64,000 bases of DNA. Origin: Felis catus. Taxonomy: Eukaryota. The translations under genes were made by a program, and so were the position numbers. The stretch spans positions 146,322,001-146,386,000 of the forward strand of contig NC_058368.1 of the NCBI RefSeq assembly GCF_018350175.1, given 5' to 3'. The notes below the pieces were generated by a model. The model saw only the letters and a program-made list of their open reading frames with translations. It was not told the DNA's origin and did not search any database. How positions within the stretch are numbered: the first letter of the stretch is position 1; every line of letters begins with the position of its first letter. Below are positions 1-13,139 of this stretch, piece by piece.

Positions 1-1590
1 ACTAACAGAGGTAGCAAATATATCTGCATACCTACACATATACGTGCACACATCTGCATATCTCCATCAGTACATATGTTAAGAGTCATTTTTAGTTAAT
101 CCAGTGTTTATCCTTCCCTACTTTCTTTTTGTAACTTTCTCTTATGGTGAAAATCTAGCTTTCATTTTCCACAATATGTTTACTTATTTACTCAGTCCTA
201 CTATACATGTAAAGTAGTTTTAGAAATGCTAATACATACCTTTGTGAAAAACAAATTTTCTAAATATAGTACAATAGACAAATCAATTTGTCTTTGTCCT
301 TGTAATATACATTCAAAATATGATTTGCCAAAATGTCTTAAATTAGTACTGTGCCTTACCATCCATTTTGGTGTCCCTGTTCCTTTTGGGGTTCATCTCA
401 CATTATGGTTGATATTGATTATTTTTTGCTATGTGAACAGTTATCAAGAATCAGAGCTATATACAAAGGTGATTTCAGAAAAGTGTCACTTTTCCCTCAT
501 CCCCACTGCTCTGTTCCCATGTCTATACTTTTTTCATTACATTCGAGCCATCTCCTCTAGATAATTAATTAAGCTCATAAGTTTCTGGTTTATGGGTTCT
601 GTCTTTTGTACACATAAGCACATATATTTCTTATATTCTGTTTTTTCTTATGTGAATGGTAGTATATTATGAACACTTTTTTTTTACGTTTTGATCTTTT
701 TACATAGCATCTCCTGGAAATTGCACCGTGTCAATTCATAAAGATTTTTTTCTTTTATTTTTGTAAGGACTTCATACTCTCATTGTGTATATCAGTTTGT
801 CAACCATTCTCCTATGTATGAGCATAGGATGTTATGTATGTATGTAAGCATAGGATGAGCATAGGATGTTACTTATGTATGTAAGTTGTTTCCAGTATTT
901 TGCAAATTCAAACAATGCTGCAGTGAATTATCTCTGTATGTTTTTGGAAGTTTATCTTCAGGATAAACTCCTAGATGTGTGATTGCTAGAAAATCAGTGC
1001 ATATATTGTTTTCTTAGATGTCACCAAATTCCCTTCCGGAAGAGTTGGACCAATTTGCATTTCCACCAGCAGCATATGAAATTGTCTAGCTCCCCACAGC
1101 CTCACTAACAGAACACGCTGTTACACTTTTTAATTTTCTCCAATCTGATAGGCATGAAATGTGTCCCATGTTGTTTTAATTTGCATTTCTCTGATTCTGA
1201 GTGAATCTGAACACCTTTACATATGTTTAAGGATCATTTTTAGATTTCTTTTTGGTCCCGTCTTTTTCAGTTTTTTTCTATTGGTTTTGGTCCTTTCTCA
1301 AATTTTAAGAGTTCTTTTTAAAAAAATTAAAAAAAAAACTTGATGTTTATTTATTTTTGAGGGGGAGAGACAGAGCACGAGCAGGGGAGAGGCATAGAGA
1401 GAGGGAGACATAGAATCCGAAGCAGGCTCCAGGCTCCGAGCTGTCAGCACAGAGCCCATTGTGGGGCTCCAACTCACGAACTGTGAGATCATGACCTGAG
1501 CTGGAGTTAGATGCTTAACTTACAGCCACCCAGGTGCCCCTCAAATTTTAAGAGTTCTTTATATGTTAGAGACGTTAGCCCTTTGTGTGG
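1..1590 (-). mobile_element. Old L1M element, 3' region, antisense; interrupted by a SINE
   Basis: Antisense L1 motifs such as ttgcatttccaccagcagcatatga and gttgttttaatttgcatttctctgatt. Boundaries approximate. Confidence 0.7.
1318..1540 (-). mobile_element. Carnivore SINE (SINEC) with 20-bp TSD
   Basis: Ends cagccacccaggtgcccc; TSD TCAAATTTTAAGAGTTCTTT (1298-1317, 1541-1560). Confidence 0.93.
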
Positions 1591-2089
1591 GTATTACTTA
1601 TTGCACTAAGATTTATTCATTCAGCATGCTTGTTTGTTAGTAAACTTCCCAAAATACTAATCTGGAGCAAGTTATGTCTCAGATATTCTAGATAAATCAT
1701 CTTGTACTGAAAAAAAAAAAATGCTATGTCAATCTCTTTGTGACAGAATATGAATCCTACTTTTTGTCACCTCTGTATGGTTCATGTTATTCTCTAAATA
1801 TCTTTCATTTATACTGTCCTAAGGAAAGTGTATATTTCTGTGGGTTTGTGGAAATACCTGATCTTTTAAGAAGTTTGCACTCACCCTCTGCTTTTATTCA
1901 AAACTGTCCCTGCCTTTCTTGGTATTCCTGTAAGTTTTATGTATTTCATAATTCTATTTACATTGAGTTGTGTTTAGCTATTACTGCTACCTGAGATCTG
2001 GGACCTTGCCATTGTCATGTTTTCCTCCTTTACTGTGCTTTATAGTGGGAGTGACAACTATGTGCCCTACATTATACATTATACTACCT

Positions 2090-2260
2090 GCAACCCTGAT
2101 GATTTTTTTGAAATAGGTTCTGTTATCATTTTAATATTATTGATAAGGAAACTAGAGTTCACTGGCATATAACTTCTCCAAAGCCAAATAACTTGTGAGT
2201 GGCAGAGCTAGGATTGAACACAGGTGGTGTGACTTCAAAGCATTTGGGGCTAATTATTAC
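2090..2260 (-). mobile_element. MIR relic
   Basis: gataaggaaactagag...gtgagtggcagagctaggattgaacacagg. Confidence 0.7.
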
Positions 2261-2860
2261 CATTCTGTATATAATGCCCATTAATTTTATATGTAGTTAC
2301 TGTGCTCAAATTTTTAATGGATTCATCTATAAAAGTTCTATGGCAAAAAAAAAATTCTGTGGCATTCACGATATTCCAGGTGTAAAGTTGGCGGGGGGGG
2401 GGGGGCTTGGCCGAAGGAGCTGAGGTAAAAGGGAAAAAAATCATTAATTCTAATATTAGAATATTAATTCTAATATTAGAATAATAATTCTAATTATTCT
2501 AATTAATAAAATTAATTCTGTCATTTTTATTTCCGAGTGCTACATATTAGACATTGTTAAAATTTCCTTCAGAAAAATTGTTTGAATAATTTTCACAAGC
2601 CTTTGATTAGCATAAATGTTTGTCAATGGTTTTGCATGTCAGTTTGGGATACAGTGCTTATGATACAATTTTGATTGTGTCAGGTGATCTAGTACATTTG
2701 ATGCTACTTATATAGAGAGTTTTAAAGAGTTACCAGTGAAAGAATACTTTTTGAAGGTTGATATTAGTATTTTTTATCTTTCGTTTTCAACAATTTGACC
2801 ATTTTAAGATATATATAGGATATGTCTAGGAGTGGGCTTTAAAAAATATCTTTTCCTAGA

Positions 2861-3799
2861 TATTCGCAAATGACATATCGGACAAAGGGCTAGTATCCAA
2901 AATCTATAAAGAGCTCACCAAACTCCACACCCGAAAAACAAATAACCCAGTGAAGAAATGGGCAGAAAATATGAATAGACACTTCTCTAAAGAAGACATC
3001 CGGATGGCCAACAGGCACATGAAAAGATGTTCAGCGTCGCTCCTTATCAGGGAAATACAAATCAAAACCACACTCAGGTGTTACCTCACGCCAGCCAGAG
3101 TGGCCAAAATGAACAAATCAGGTGACTATAGATGCTGGAGAGGATGTGGAGAAACGGGAACCCTCTTGCACTGTTGGTGGGAATGCAAATTGGTGCAGCC
3201 GCTCTGGAAAGCAGTGTGGAGGTTCCTCAGAAAATTAAAAATAGACCTACCCTATGACCCAGCAATAGCACTGCTAGGAATTTATCCAAGGGATACAGGA
3301 GTACTGATGCATAGGGCCACTTGTACCCCAATGTTCATAGCAGCACTCTCAACAATAGCCAAATTATGGAAAGAGCCTAAATGTCCATCAACTGATGAAT
3401 GGATAAAGAAATTGTGGTTTATATACACAATGGAATACTACGTGGCAATGAGAAAAAATGAAATATGGCCTTTTGTAGCAACGTGGATGGAACTGGAGAG
3501 TGTGATGCTAAGTGAAATAAGCCATACAGAGAAAGACAGATACCATATGGTTTCACTCTTATGTGGATCCTGAGAAACTTAACAGGAACCCATGGGGGAG
3601 GGGAAGGAAAAAAAAAAAAAGAGGTTAGAGTGGGAGAGAGCCAAAGCAGAAGAGACTGTAAAAACTGAGAACAAACTGAGGGTTGATGGGGGGTGGGAGG
3701 GAGGAGAGGGTGGGTGATGGGTATTGAGGAGGGCACCTTTTGGGATGAGCACTGGGTGTTGTATGGAAACCAATTTGTCAATAAATTTCATATATATAT
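2861..3799 (+). mobile_element. Young 5'-truncated felid LINE-1 (ORF2 C-terminus plus 3'UTR)
   Basis: Open frame 2860-3573 ([19 protein letters not shown]...[18 protein letters not shown]...) is the L1 ORF2p C-terminus with its CCHC motif. G-rich 3'UTR, AATAAA at 3780-3785, perfect 20-bp TSD AAAAAATATCTTTTCCTAGA (2841-2860, 3800-3819) at a TTT|AAAA site. Confidence 0.96.
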
Positions 3800-3892
3800 A
3801 AAAAATATCTTTTCCTAGAGGTTTCTGAGTTTCTTGAATCTGTAAATTTATGTCTAAAATTGGGAAATTCTTTGCCATTAGTTATATACGTA

Positions 3893-3981
<89 letters not shown>
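3893..3981. repeat. Compound microsatellite (GT)n(AT)n(GT)n(AT)n
   Basis: Directly visible. Confidence 0.95.
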
Positions 3982-3985
<4 letters not shown>

Positions 3986-4181
3986 TATTTATCCCCCACC
4001 CTCCCCCCCCATTCCCATTCTCAGGCTTCAATTAAAGGTCCTTTAGGCTCGATTTATTTTCAAATTCCTTTTTCTCTCAGGTCTTCAGATTAGATCATTT
4101 ATATTGGTCTTCCTTTAAGTTCATTGTCTCTTTTTTTAAAATCTCAATCCAGTGATTTTTTAAAAGTCTAATATTTTTTCT

Positions 4182-4303
4182 GGGGTACCTGGGTGGCTGG
4201 TCAGTTGAGCTTCCAATGTTGGGTCAGATCATGATCTTGCAATTCTTGAGTTCAAGCCCTGTGTCAGGCATTCTGCTCTCAGTGGATAGCCCACTTTGGT
4301 TCC

Positions 4304-4336
<33 letters not shown>

Positions 4337-4348
4337 GCTCCTCCCCTG

Positions 4349-4384
<36 letters not shown>

Positions 4385-4416
4385 AAAATAAACATTTAAA
4401 AAAAAGAAAACAAAAC
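4182..4416 (+). mobile_element. Carnivore SINE
   Basis: ggggtacctgggtggct head, (CT)n tract, aaaataaa and A tail. Confidence 0.9.
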
Positions 4417-4527
4417 AGACACCTCTAATATTTGTCTGTTTTTAATGTTTCTATTTTGTTCTTTAGAACTTATTTTTCTACAGAGATTTTCTATCTTTTC
4501 ATTTATTATGATCATATTTTACTTTAT

Positions 4528-4682
4528 ATTTTTAAGTGTGTATGTATTTTGAGAGATAGAAAGCGTGAGCAGAGGAGGGGTAGAGAGAGAGAGGGAGAGA
4601 GAGAATTCCAAACAGGCTCTTCACTGTCAGTGCAGAGCTCACCATGGGTCTCAGTCTCTCAAACTGTGAAGTCAGTCACACA
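4528..4682 (-). mobile_element. Partial carnivore SINE
   Basis: ttttgagagataga...aggctcttcactgtcagtgcagagc; the 5' head is missing. Confidence 0.8.
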
Positions 4683-4934
4683 GATCATATTTAACTTTAA
4701 ACCCTTGATTATAATTACATGAGCTGATTTAAAATATTTTTCTTCTTATTCTAATATCTGGATAAACTCATGTCAGTCTCCACTGATTGTATGTATTATA
4801 TCTTTAATATGTTTTTGTTTCTTCATTTGTTGAGAACTTACAGTTTTTTGTCCTGGATATTGTGAACGATTTATTATAGACAGTGCATTTTGTTAGACTC
4901 ATTTGAAGACTATTGATTTTTTTTTTGTCTGTTT

Positions 4935-5154
4935 TTTTAGGTTTTTTTTAATGTTTATTTATTTTTGAGAGAGACAGAGACAGAATGAGATTGGCTTAGG
5001 GGCAGAGAGAGAGAGGGAGACACAGAATCTGAAACAGGCTCCAGGCTCTGAGCTGTCAGCATAGAGCCCAATGCGGGGCTCAAACCCACGAGCTCTGAGA
5101 TCATTACCTGAGCCGAAGTCGTATGCTCAACCAACTGAGCCACCCAGGTGCCCC
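4935..5154 (-). mobile_element. Carnivore SINE
   Basis: tttatttatttttgagagagacagag...ctgagccacccaggtgcccc. Confidence 0.93.
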
Positions 5155-6589
5155 TTTGTTTATTTTTTAAGTCAGTTAACTTGGCTATACTCCAGCTTCA
5201 AATTCTGTTTCCCACTTGGTGGGTGTTAGCTGAAATTTCAGGCCAGTTCTTTTAACCTTGGGAAGGCTGCTTGGAATCTGTCTCTCACATACTTGATTTG
5301 GGGATTAGCAAGAGACTTGAGCAATTTATCTATGGAGTTTAGAGTTTCCCTTCACTGGTTCTCTCCTTTCTAGAATTCTCCCCTTCACTTTCTTGCTTTG
5401 GTTTTCCTGGACTCTGTCTTCAAATTCTATAACAGAATTAAGACTACTGGTTTCTATTAAATTTTAACTGCTCTTCATGGCCAGGATTGGCTAAAACCCA
5501 TAAAAATGGGAATCTTGTTCAGTGTATTTCCCTTTTTTTTTCTGATTCAGGCTGCTTTGGTTCACTTTCCTCTGCCCTCAAGTCTCCTTCTCCTTCTCCT
5601 TTTCCTCCTTTTCCTCCTTCTCCTTGTTCTAAAATATTTGTTCATAGTCTGTAATTGTTACCTCTGGGACGGTTGTTCCTATGGGAACTATCTAATGATG
5701 ACTAGAAGCAGAGGTCTACACTTAGCTTTTGAGCTCCGCAGGCACTGTGGTCTTGTGGCTCTTCTCCATATTTCAACAAAAGCATGTGTATATTGTCCTT
5801 TCAGCCTGTTCAGATCTTTTGGCCTGTTCAGAAATTGGTGCTCTGGCCTGATTTCTTAAAATCAGTCTTTCTGCTGTCCTAGTTTATGCCTTGTCTAATT
5901 AAAGTCATGCCTGTATTTGAAAAGTGGAAAATTTCCAGGGAAAATGAGCAGCTGGTATTGACACTCAAAGGAGTTTTATGCAATGAAAGTAAGCAAAGGG
6001 CCAGTTAGTCTGATCCTCAGGAAAAAGTATCTAATGGTGAGATTCGTGAGACTAAACAATCTGGCAAGGGGACTTTCTCTGAGCTTTTTCAGACTAAATT
6101 GGAAAAGTCAGAGGAAAAACAAGTAATAAGCCCAGGTCTTGTATTGGCAGATGGACAGTTTGTATGATCTCATAATCAACTTTCCCAGTGGCTATTTGAC
6201 TGTGTGGTCATTAGCAGGAAAGCCCTTTAGGTTTTACATTATTAATATGAGTCTCTGATTTGGAGTAAGAAAGTAGATTCCTTTAGAAAATTTATAATTG
6301 ATAGTAAAAATTTTTATGGAAAGGAAGAAAAAATGTGATACTCATTTTTATATGTTCTTTGTATAATTCCCTGATGGCAGGGACTTGAACTCTCTTATCA
6401 TTATATTTCTAATGCCCAGTGTCTGGTATCCCTAATACCCAGTAAGTGTTAGTATTCCTTGTACTTTTATTACACTTTGCTAAAAAGCAACATACTCTTC
6501 CAATGGATGTCACTTATTGAAAGAGACAGTTAAGGTTGATGTTTTCCATTATTTCTCTTATTTTCTTTCTTTTCTCTGTGTGTGTGTGT

Positions 6590-6806
6590 TTTGTTTTTGT
6601 TTTTGTTTTTTTTTTTTTTTGAGAAAGCGTGAGGAAGCATCCAAGAGGGAGGGGCAGAGAAAGAGAGAGGGAGAGAGAGAATCTCAAGCAGGCTCTTCAC
6701 CCACCATGGAATCCCACTTGGGATTTGATCTAACGACCCCAAGATCATGACCTGACCTGAAATCAAGAGTCACATGCTTAACTGACTGAGCCACCCAGGC
6801 GTCCCT
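6590..6806 (-). mobile_element. Carnivore SINE
   Basis: Poly(T) head...gaaatcaagagtcacatgcttaactgactgagccacccaggcgtccc. Confidence 0.9.
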
Positions 6807-6979
6807 CTCTTATTATCTATATTTCTCTTCCCCCCTCACTCCAGAATCCTGAATTTAAGGTGTTTAGGTGTTCTCTGTAGTTTTGGTCAGAGGAAAGAAT
6901 GAAAGGATTTCATTTTGTCATAACTGTGGAATTCGTTACAGAAAAACAATATCACAATCATTTGCCAGAAGGGAGAATA

Positions 6980-7220
6980 TTAAAGTGGTTAACAGCACAA
7001 GGTCTTAAGTCCAGTGGTCCTGATTTTGATTCTGGCTACATATTATGCTTGTTTTGTGACCTTTGAAAGCTTCCTTAATCTTACTTTTAGTTGTATCATC
7101 TTTAAAAAGTGTGGGTAATTAGTACCTATTTCTTTTGGCGGATGTGAGTTTAAAACGAGATTAGTATATAAAATTGTGTAGCATCATACCAGATATGCAG
7201 TAGACACTCAATAAAAGATA
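6980..7220 (+). mobile_element. MIR relic
   Basis: gtggttaacagcaca...tgtgacctttgaaagcttccttaatct...agtagacactcaataaa. Confidence 0.65.
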
Positions 7221-8171
7221 GCTGGTATTTTATGGTAGTTTTTCTGTTCATCTTAATTTTTATAATTTCTTCCTTCTTGCTTTTTGGATAATTTTATATT
7301 TTAACATAGGACCAATTACTTGCCATGTGATTTTGAACCTTTTGGCTTAACCTTTGATTCTCAGTTAAGTTGTTTATACATGGAAGAGTTGAATTTACTC
7401 AGAGTCTCTTTCTTGTGCCATCTCTGATTGGTGGGAGCTTTTCTTGGAGGGCTGCTCTTCAAAGTACTCTTGGGTTACTTCCATGGTTCACTGAAAGATA
7501 TCCTGTAATGATAGGAGTCTGTGAACCAGATTTGACATCACTTACCTGTTCATGGCCTCAGTTTTCAACTTTCAATAAATGAGGATATAAAATAAATTCT
7601 TAAGGACATACTCATGTAACTTCACATTTTTTTAAAACAAGTATTTACTGAGTGTTCACTTTATGTAAGAGATTTGTGTTAGGTGTTTCCTTTGGATCTG
7701 TGAAAGTTCAAGTGAGTGATACCTTTCCTGGATTCTTTTCCTGAAAGAGAGAGCTTACTTAGGACATTCATTATAATAGTAATAAGTTGCAGTAAAGAAA
7801 ATAGTTAAGAAATTGTATCAAATGTACTCCAAATGAAGAAATATGCTTTTTAACAGAGTATTTAATAAGCTGTAAAGAACTTTAGCTTCTACTTGCAAAA
7901 ATAAGAGTTTTTGGTATAGTATTTTTGCAACATTGTACAGTGAATAGCTCAATCCAAAACAAGAACTTTATATTAAATCAAAATACTGATTATGAAATCA
8001 AAATATTAAATCAAAATATTATTAAAGTTATTAAATCAAAATCCACGGTACATTTTATATTTAATTATCAGATCATATCATTGATAGTTAATATGACCAT
8101 ATTGATTTATATTTTCACTTTCTAATGGTTTCTGCAGCCATGCAGAGATTTGGATAAATCTATTGATGATT

Positions 8172-8286
8172 TCTTTTTAAGTTTATTTATTTATTTTAAA
8201 TAATTTCTGCACCCAGCGTGGGGCCTGACCTCAAAACCCAAGATCAAGAGTCACCTGCTCCTCTGACTGATCCAGCCAGGTACCCC
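8172..8286 (-). mobile_element. Short/old carnivore SINE (tRNA-head form lacking the CT tract)
   Basis: aagatcaagagtcacctgctcctctgactgatccagccaggtacccc. Confidence 0.85.
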
Positions 8287-10544
8287 AATCTATTGATGGT
8301 TCTTTCTGCTGGGTCTTAAAATGTGAGAAAAGTCTCCTCTTTGCATGGTATTCTTCTGTTTACAGAGGTTATGTTGGGCTTCTCTTTTGTTAATCAGTAG
8401 TATTTAAGGTAGTTAGGGATTCTTTTAATTAGCATTTAGTTAGCAATTTAGTTATCATGTGTTTTTCAAATGGCTGAACTATCTTGAAGTGTGATGCATT
8501 ATCTTTTTTCTGGTCTACAGTATTTTGTTTTTTTTGAGATATAGGAAATATATGTAATGGATATGTCATTACATGTTATACATTGTATACTGTAATAGTA
8601 GCATAATGATTAAATGCAGCTTTAAAGTTAAATGAGTAATTCATTCAACACAAGAAACTCCAAATACTTCTAGCATTCTTAATTATAATTATTGCACTCC
8701 TTTTAGTCTCTTGCAGCAGTGATCAAAGAAGTTACATTTCTGTGTGACTCAGTGTTTTGAAATATTTACCCCCAACTAAAGTAGCATTTTATCAAAAGAG
8801 ATGGTGTCATTAGCACTGATTTTTAAATGTATTGATAATGCTGCTCCACTAAGCTGCTATCTGACAGATTGTAAATATTCTTTATGGGAGTACTCTTTTA
8901 GGGTTTTGAGTAGTGAGAGCAGGGGGTGTTGTTTATTCCTATTAAAATAACAACTTGTTTGGTATACTGTGTGCTAAGCCAGCTGCAACACCAAAATGGG
9001 CCACCCACAGAGTCCAGTGGAGACTTACTAAACCGCTACCACCTGAACAATTACTATTGCTGATCTTGTGATTTCGTGCTTGATTTAAATTAGAAATGAA
9101 TCTTTCCAAGTATCTGAGCTGTTGAGATTCTATATTAAAAAATAATAAAAAGAAGAATCTTCTTTGATGTAAATTTAATATGTAAAATTAAAGTGAATTT
9201 TCTAAAAATCATTAAATTATAAAATTTAATTTTTATGCATCACATCTTACTGTAAATAATGTCTAAATAGTTTTCTGTGCAACAGTATCATTCTTCATAA
9301 GATTTTTGTATTACCTTTCTCTGTGTTTGCCACTCTCTGTTTTGGGACTATTAAAAAAGCAAATACCATTGTGATAACAATTTTGTTTGATATCCTTGAG
9401 TGATGCACATTAATAGCAATCTGTCATAATGAAGTATGTGTTTTACTTTGCAGGGGAAGCCTCTTGGTGTTAAAAGCTTTCTAAGCATGATTCGGTCAAT
9501 CAAGGTTTGAGTAGTAATGTATCTGTGGTCTGGTGATGTAGTGTTTGGATAGCATAATTCACTTGGAGTTCAGAGTGTTTCCCAGGAATTTAACTAACTG
9601 CTCAATTAAGGGGGAAAAAAAGGTAATGCTTTCAGTGGTAACAAAAAATATAGGTATAGTGAGCACTTAATTTGGTATTAGCTGCTTACTGAGGGTTCAC
9701 CATAAATACACACACATAGACATATACAAACATAAAAGTCCTCACATGGTTGTTACATGAACAATGAGAAAGATTATTGGCCTTGTGTGATATGAAATAA
9801 TTCCAAAAAATATATCCTAACTTTCTGAAAATTGATTCTGTGAATGATTTCTAGGATTTACCTTGTCTAGAATCATCACTTCCATAACAAAGATAAACCT
9901 AATTTTTAGGGAATTGCATGTTTGTATCATTTGTTTGCTGGTCAGGAGGATGTCATATTGGAACATAAATAGAGCTTGTGTGTGTGTGTGTGTGTTTATC
10001 ATAGCAAGTTTTAAAATAGGTTTATTTAAAATAAAAACAAAATTCCTTTATAAACATTCTTGTATAAACGTAAGCATATAGCACTTTTTAAGTGGTTTGT
10101 CTGTGGCCCTTAACATAGAGAGTGGTACATTAAGTGAAAATGAGTTAGTGTAAATCATGGTGGATTGTTACAATTATAGAAGAGTCTTGAATGAAGGCTA
10201 ACTTTTAAAGTCTGTGCCTAAGGTAAAAATTGAATATAGTCAGATTTACTCTTGAAGATCCTTTAATTGTCATTAAGTATAATATCCATGACACTACTTA
10301 CCAATAAGTCCAGCCTAGGCAGTTTCTCCTCTAGTGATTAAAGACATTTCTTGTTCTTTCATTGATGACCAGGTAAAAAAGTTTCCTTTAATCTAGGTGC
10401 TATGTTGAATAAAAATATTTGTTTGAATTTTTTTTCATTAGCACATACAGTTGATTTTGTGTATCTTAAGTATGATATAACTTCACTGCATTACTTGTGA
10501 TAGCCTAACGCAAGTATTTACAATCTTGACAAGATACATGATCA

Positions 10545-10720
10545 GAAGAGCATGGGCTTTGGTGATGGGTAACTCCTGGTTTGAATCCAGCCTTTTCACT
10601 CAGCCCTTTCACTTAGTAAGGCATTTTACTAATCCTCTATGCCTCAGCTCACTTGTAATGGGAATAGTAACATATCTCTGATGGTGTGTGAAAATGGCCT
10701 CGTAATAATTTGGCATCACT
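10545..10720 (+). mobile_element. MIR relic
   Basis: aagagcatgggctttgg...ggtttgaatccagcc...ctctatgcctcag. Confidence 0.65.
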
Positions 10721-11010
10721 ATATTTCTGTTTTCCTTTTCTATCTCACCATGAATGCAACTACAAATACTTTTGAAAAGTAACTAGAATTATGCCAGTTA
10801 TTTAAAATGTGTAAATTTGTAAAGAATTATTTAAGCATAATAACATGTTACTGGACATAACACATTCCATATCCATCTGTTAAAAATATTTTGACATTGT
10901 TCAAAAGCTTTCTGATAAAATTAAACTTTTTAGCATGTAGTGTAAGGCCATGCATGATCTAGTTTTCCCTTCCTTTCCCTGTGTACTTCCACCAAGAAAT
11001 TCTTTGTGAG

Positions 11011-11250
11011 GGGGACACCTGGGTGGCTCAATTGGTTAAGCATCTGACTTTTGATCTTCACTCAGGTCATGACTCTTGATCTTGGCTCAGATCATTATCT
11101 TGTGTCACAATTTGTGGGTTCAAGCCCCATATCAGGCTCTGTGCTGATGGCACAGAACCTGCTTGGGATTCTGTGTCTCCTCTCTGCCTCTCACCTGCTT
11201 GTGTTCTCTCTTTCTATCCCAAAATAAATAAGTAAACTTTACAAAAAAAA
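11011..11250 (+). mobile_element. Carnivore SINE with a duplicated head segment
   Basis: ggggacacctgggtggctca head; tgacttttgatcttcactcaggtca / tgactcttgatcttggctcagatca in tandem; aagaaattct on both flanks. Confidence 0.9.
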
Positions 11251-12082
11251 AGAAATTCTGAGTAAGGGTGTTGTTAGTTCTCCCTATATTCTTACCTAAC
11301 TCCTAGTAGTTTGAGTCTTGGCTCGGTAATCAACACACATATACACATCTTGGTTTCTCTAGCCATCCTCACTCTCACCTCACCTTCTCTCCCATGTCTG
11401 GTTTCTGTGTATTTTTTCTGTGTATTTAAATTCTTTGAACCCTGTATATTGACATAAGTATTATAATCATTTAACCCACTTCTCTTAAGTGCTGTGCTTT
11501 ACTTTATTTGAGTACTATACATACAAAGTACTTAGTATAAATGCATGAGGTCCTTGATCAATGTTTGGCTCAATCAAAGTGTGAAATTTTTGAAAAACAG
11601 AAAAAGGTTTATATGAGTGTGTACTGCCATGTTCCTCTGGGTTAGTTTTTGAGATTCTCAGTTTTTAGTTGCATACTAAACTGGGAATATTTTCATGGAC
11701 AGCCAAGTTTCCAACCGCATCATATTTTTATGTTATAAATTATGTTTGCTTTTTGATAAATAGTGGTTTCCCATGAACAGTACTGTAGGTTTGAAAATGT
11801 CTTTACTCAAAGGATTAATCACTCTTTTAGAAGGAAAAATAATTATCATTAGTAGTAGATCTTTGTCAGATCATCCAGACACACTGGTCAGAAGGAGTTG
11901 TGAGAAATGGGTGGAGATAGAATTAACTCACTGGACACTGCATGGAAGCAGCTGGCAGTGCTATGACCAGGGGACAACCATTCCATCCTTGATAGACCTC
12001 TGGGAGTGCTTTGCTTGTAAATGTGGGTGTTATTTTAGAAAAAGATTGAGAACTATTTTTCCAAAACAGCAAAACATTAGGC

Positions 12083-12539
12083 CATGGGTTGGCAAACTAC
12101 AGTCAGTGGGCCAAATGCAGCCTGCCTTCTGTTTTTATAAATAGTTTTTTTTTTTTTTTTTTTTTTTTGGAACATAGCCACACTCATGCCTTTACATATT
12201 GACTATGAGTACTTTTTTGCAAGATGGTCAGAGGTGAATCTTTGCAGCAGAGAGCTATGTGGACTTCAAAGTCTAGGGGTGCCTGGGTGGCTTAGTCAGT
12301 CAAACGTCTGACTTTGGCTCAGGTCATGATCTTGCAGTTTGTGGGCTCGAGCCCCGTGTCAGGCTCTGTTCTGACAGCTCATAGCCTGGAGCCTGCTTTA
12401 GATTCTGGGTCTCCCTCTCTCTTTGCCCCTCTTCCAGTCATGCTCTGTCTCTCAAAAATAAATAAACATTAAAATTTTTTTGTAAAAGCCTGAAATATTT
12501 ACTGTTTGACCCTTAACAGAAAAATTTTGCTGGCTTTTG
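12083..12539 (+). mobile_element. MER58A-like hAT-Charlie DNA transposon, split by a SINE
   Basis: catgggttggcaaactac...ggccaaatgcagcc...ggaacatagccacactcat...aaagcctgaaatatttact...cagaaaaattttgctg. Confidence 0.85.
12276..12480 (+). mobile_element. Carnivore SINE inside MER58A
   Basis: ggggtgcctgggtggcttagtcag...aaaataaataaacatt. Confidence 0.93.
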
Positions 12540-13139
12540 CATTAGATATTGCCAGTTGTACAGTTTGACAGTTGTGGATTGAGAAAGTCTTGTCTACATA
12601 TCCTAACAAGGGAGGTACTCCTCCAGATGCAGGTCAGTAAAACAAAACTAACTTTTAGTTTTTATCAAATCTATTAAAGTATAATTTTAAAAAAGTAAAA
12701 TCATGACTCTTATCTAAATATAAAATGAACCTTTAAGATGCTTCATCTTCTTAATTAGTGAGGTTACCTGTGAGATAGTAAAACTGTTTCAAATGAGAAT
12801 GAGATATGTATATAATTACTAATCCACGTAAAATTGGGTAAAATATTCTATAGGACATTGTAAGGTTTGGAATCATATTTTCTATGGGTGGAAATTAGTG
12901 TATTCATATCGGACAAAATTAATTTCTTTGGGTAAAATCATTATAATTACTGTTAGTTTTCTCTGGCTTACAAAGTTATAAAAGAACCTAGTCAAAAATA
13001 GTCGTATTTGTATGCTTCCATAGAATCAGGTAACATGGGAGTCTCTCTAGAGGCCATCCAGTATCCTATTGAAAAGACACTCAGAACTTTTTCCCTATTT
13101 CAATATTGTTAACAATTTTCCCTATTAAAGGTAAGTATA

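Larger units (their letters stand above)
2720..5700 (-). mobile_element. Old L1M 5'/ORF1 relic, antisense, fragmented by the young L1 and three SINEs
   Basis: Minus-strand peptide MAKNFPILDINLQIQETQKP (ORF 3579..3878) resembles the L1 ORF1p motif ENFPNL..INLQIQEAQ. Flanking sequence is typical of antisense L1M. Confidence 0.6.

Noticed and set aside
2950..3573. 207-aa ORF as a host gene
   Set aside because: It is the ORF2p C-terminus of a 5'-truncated L1, with no promoter and no reverse transcriptase or endonuclease domain.
3850..4093. CVCV/YIYI low-complexity ORFs (also 20775-21066 and 37134-37498)
   Set aside because: Microsatellite translations.
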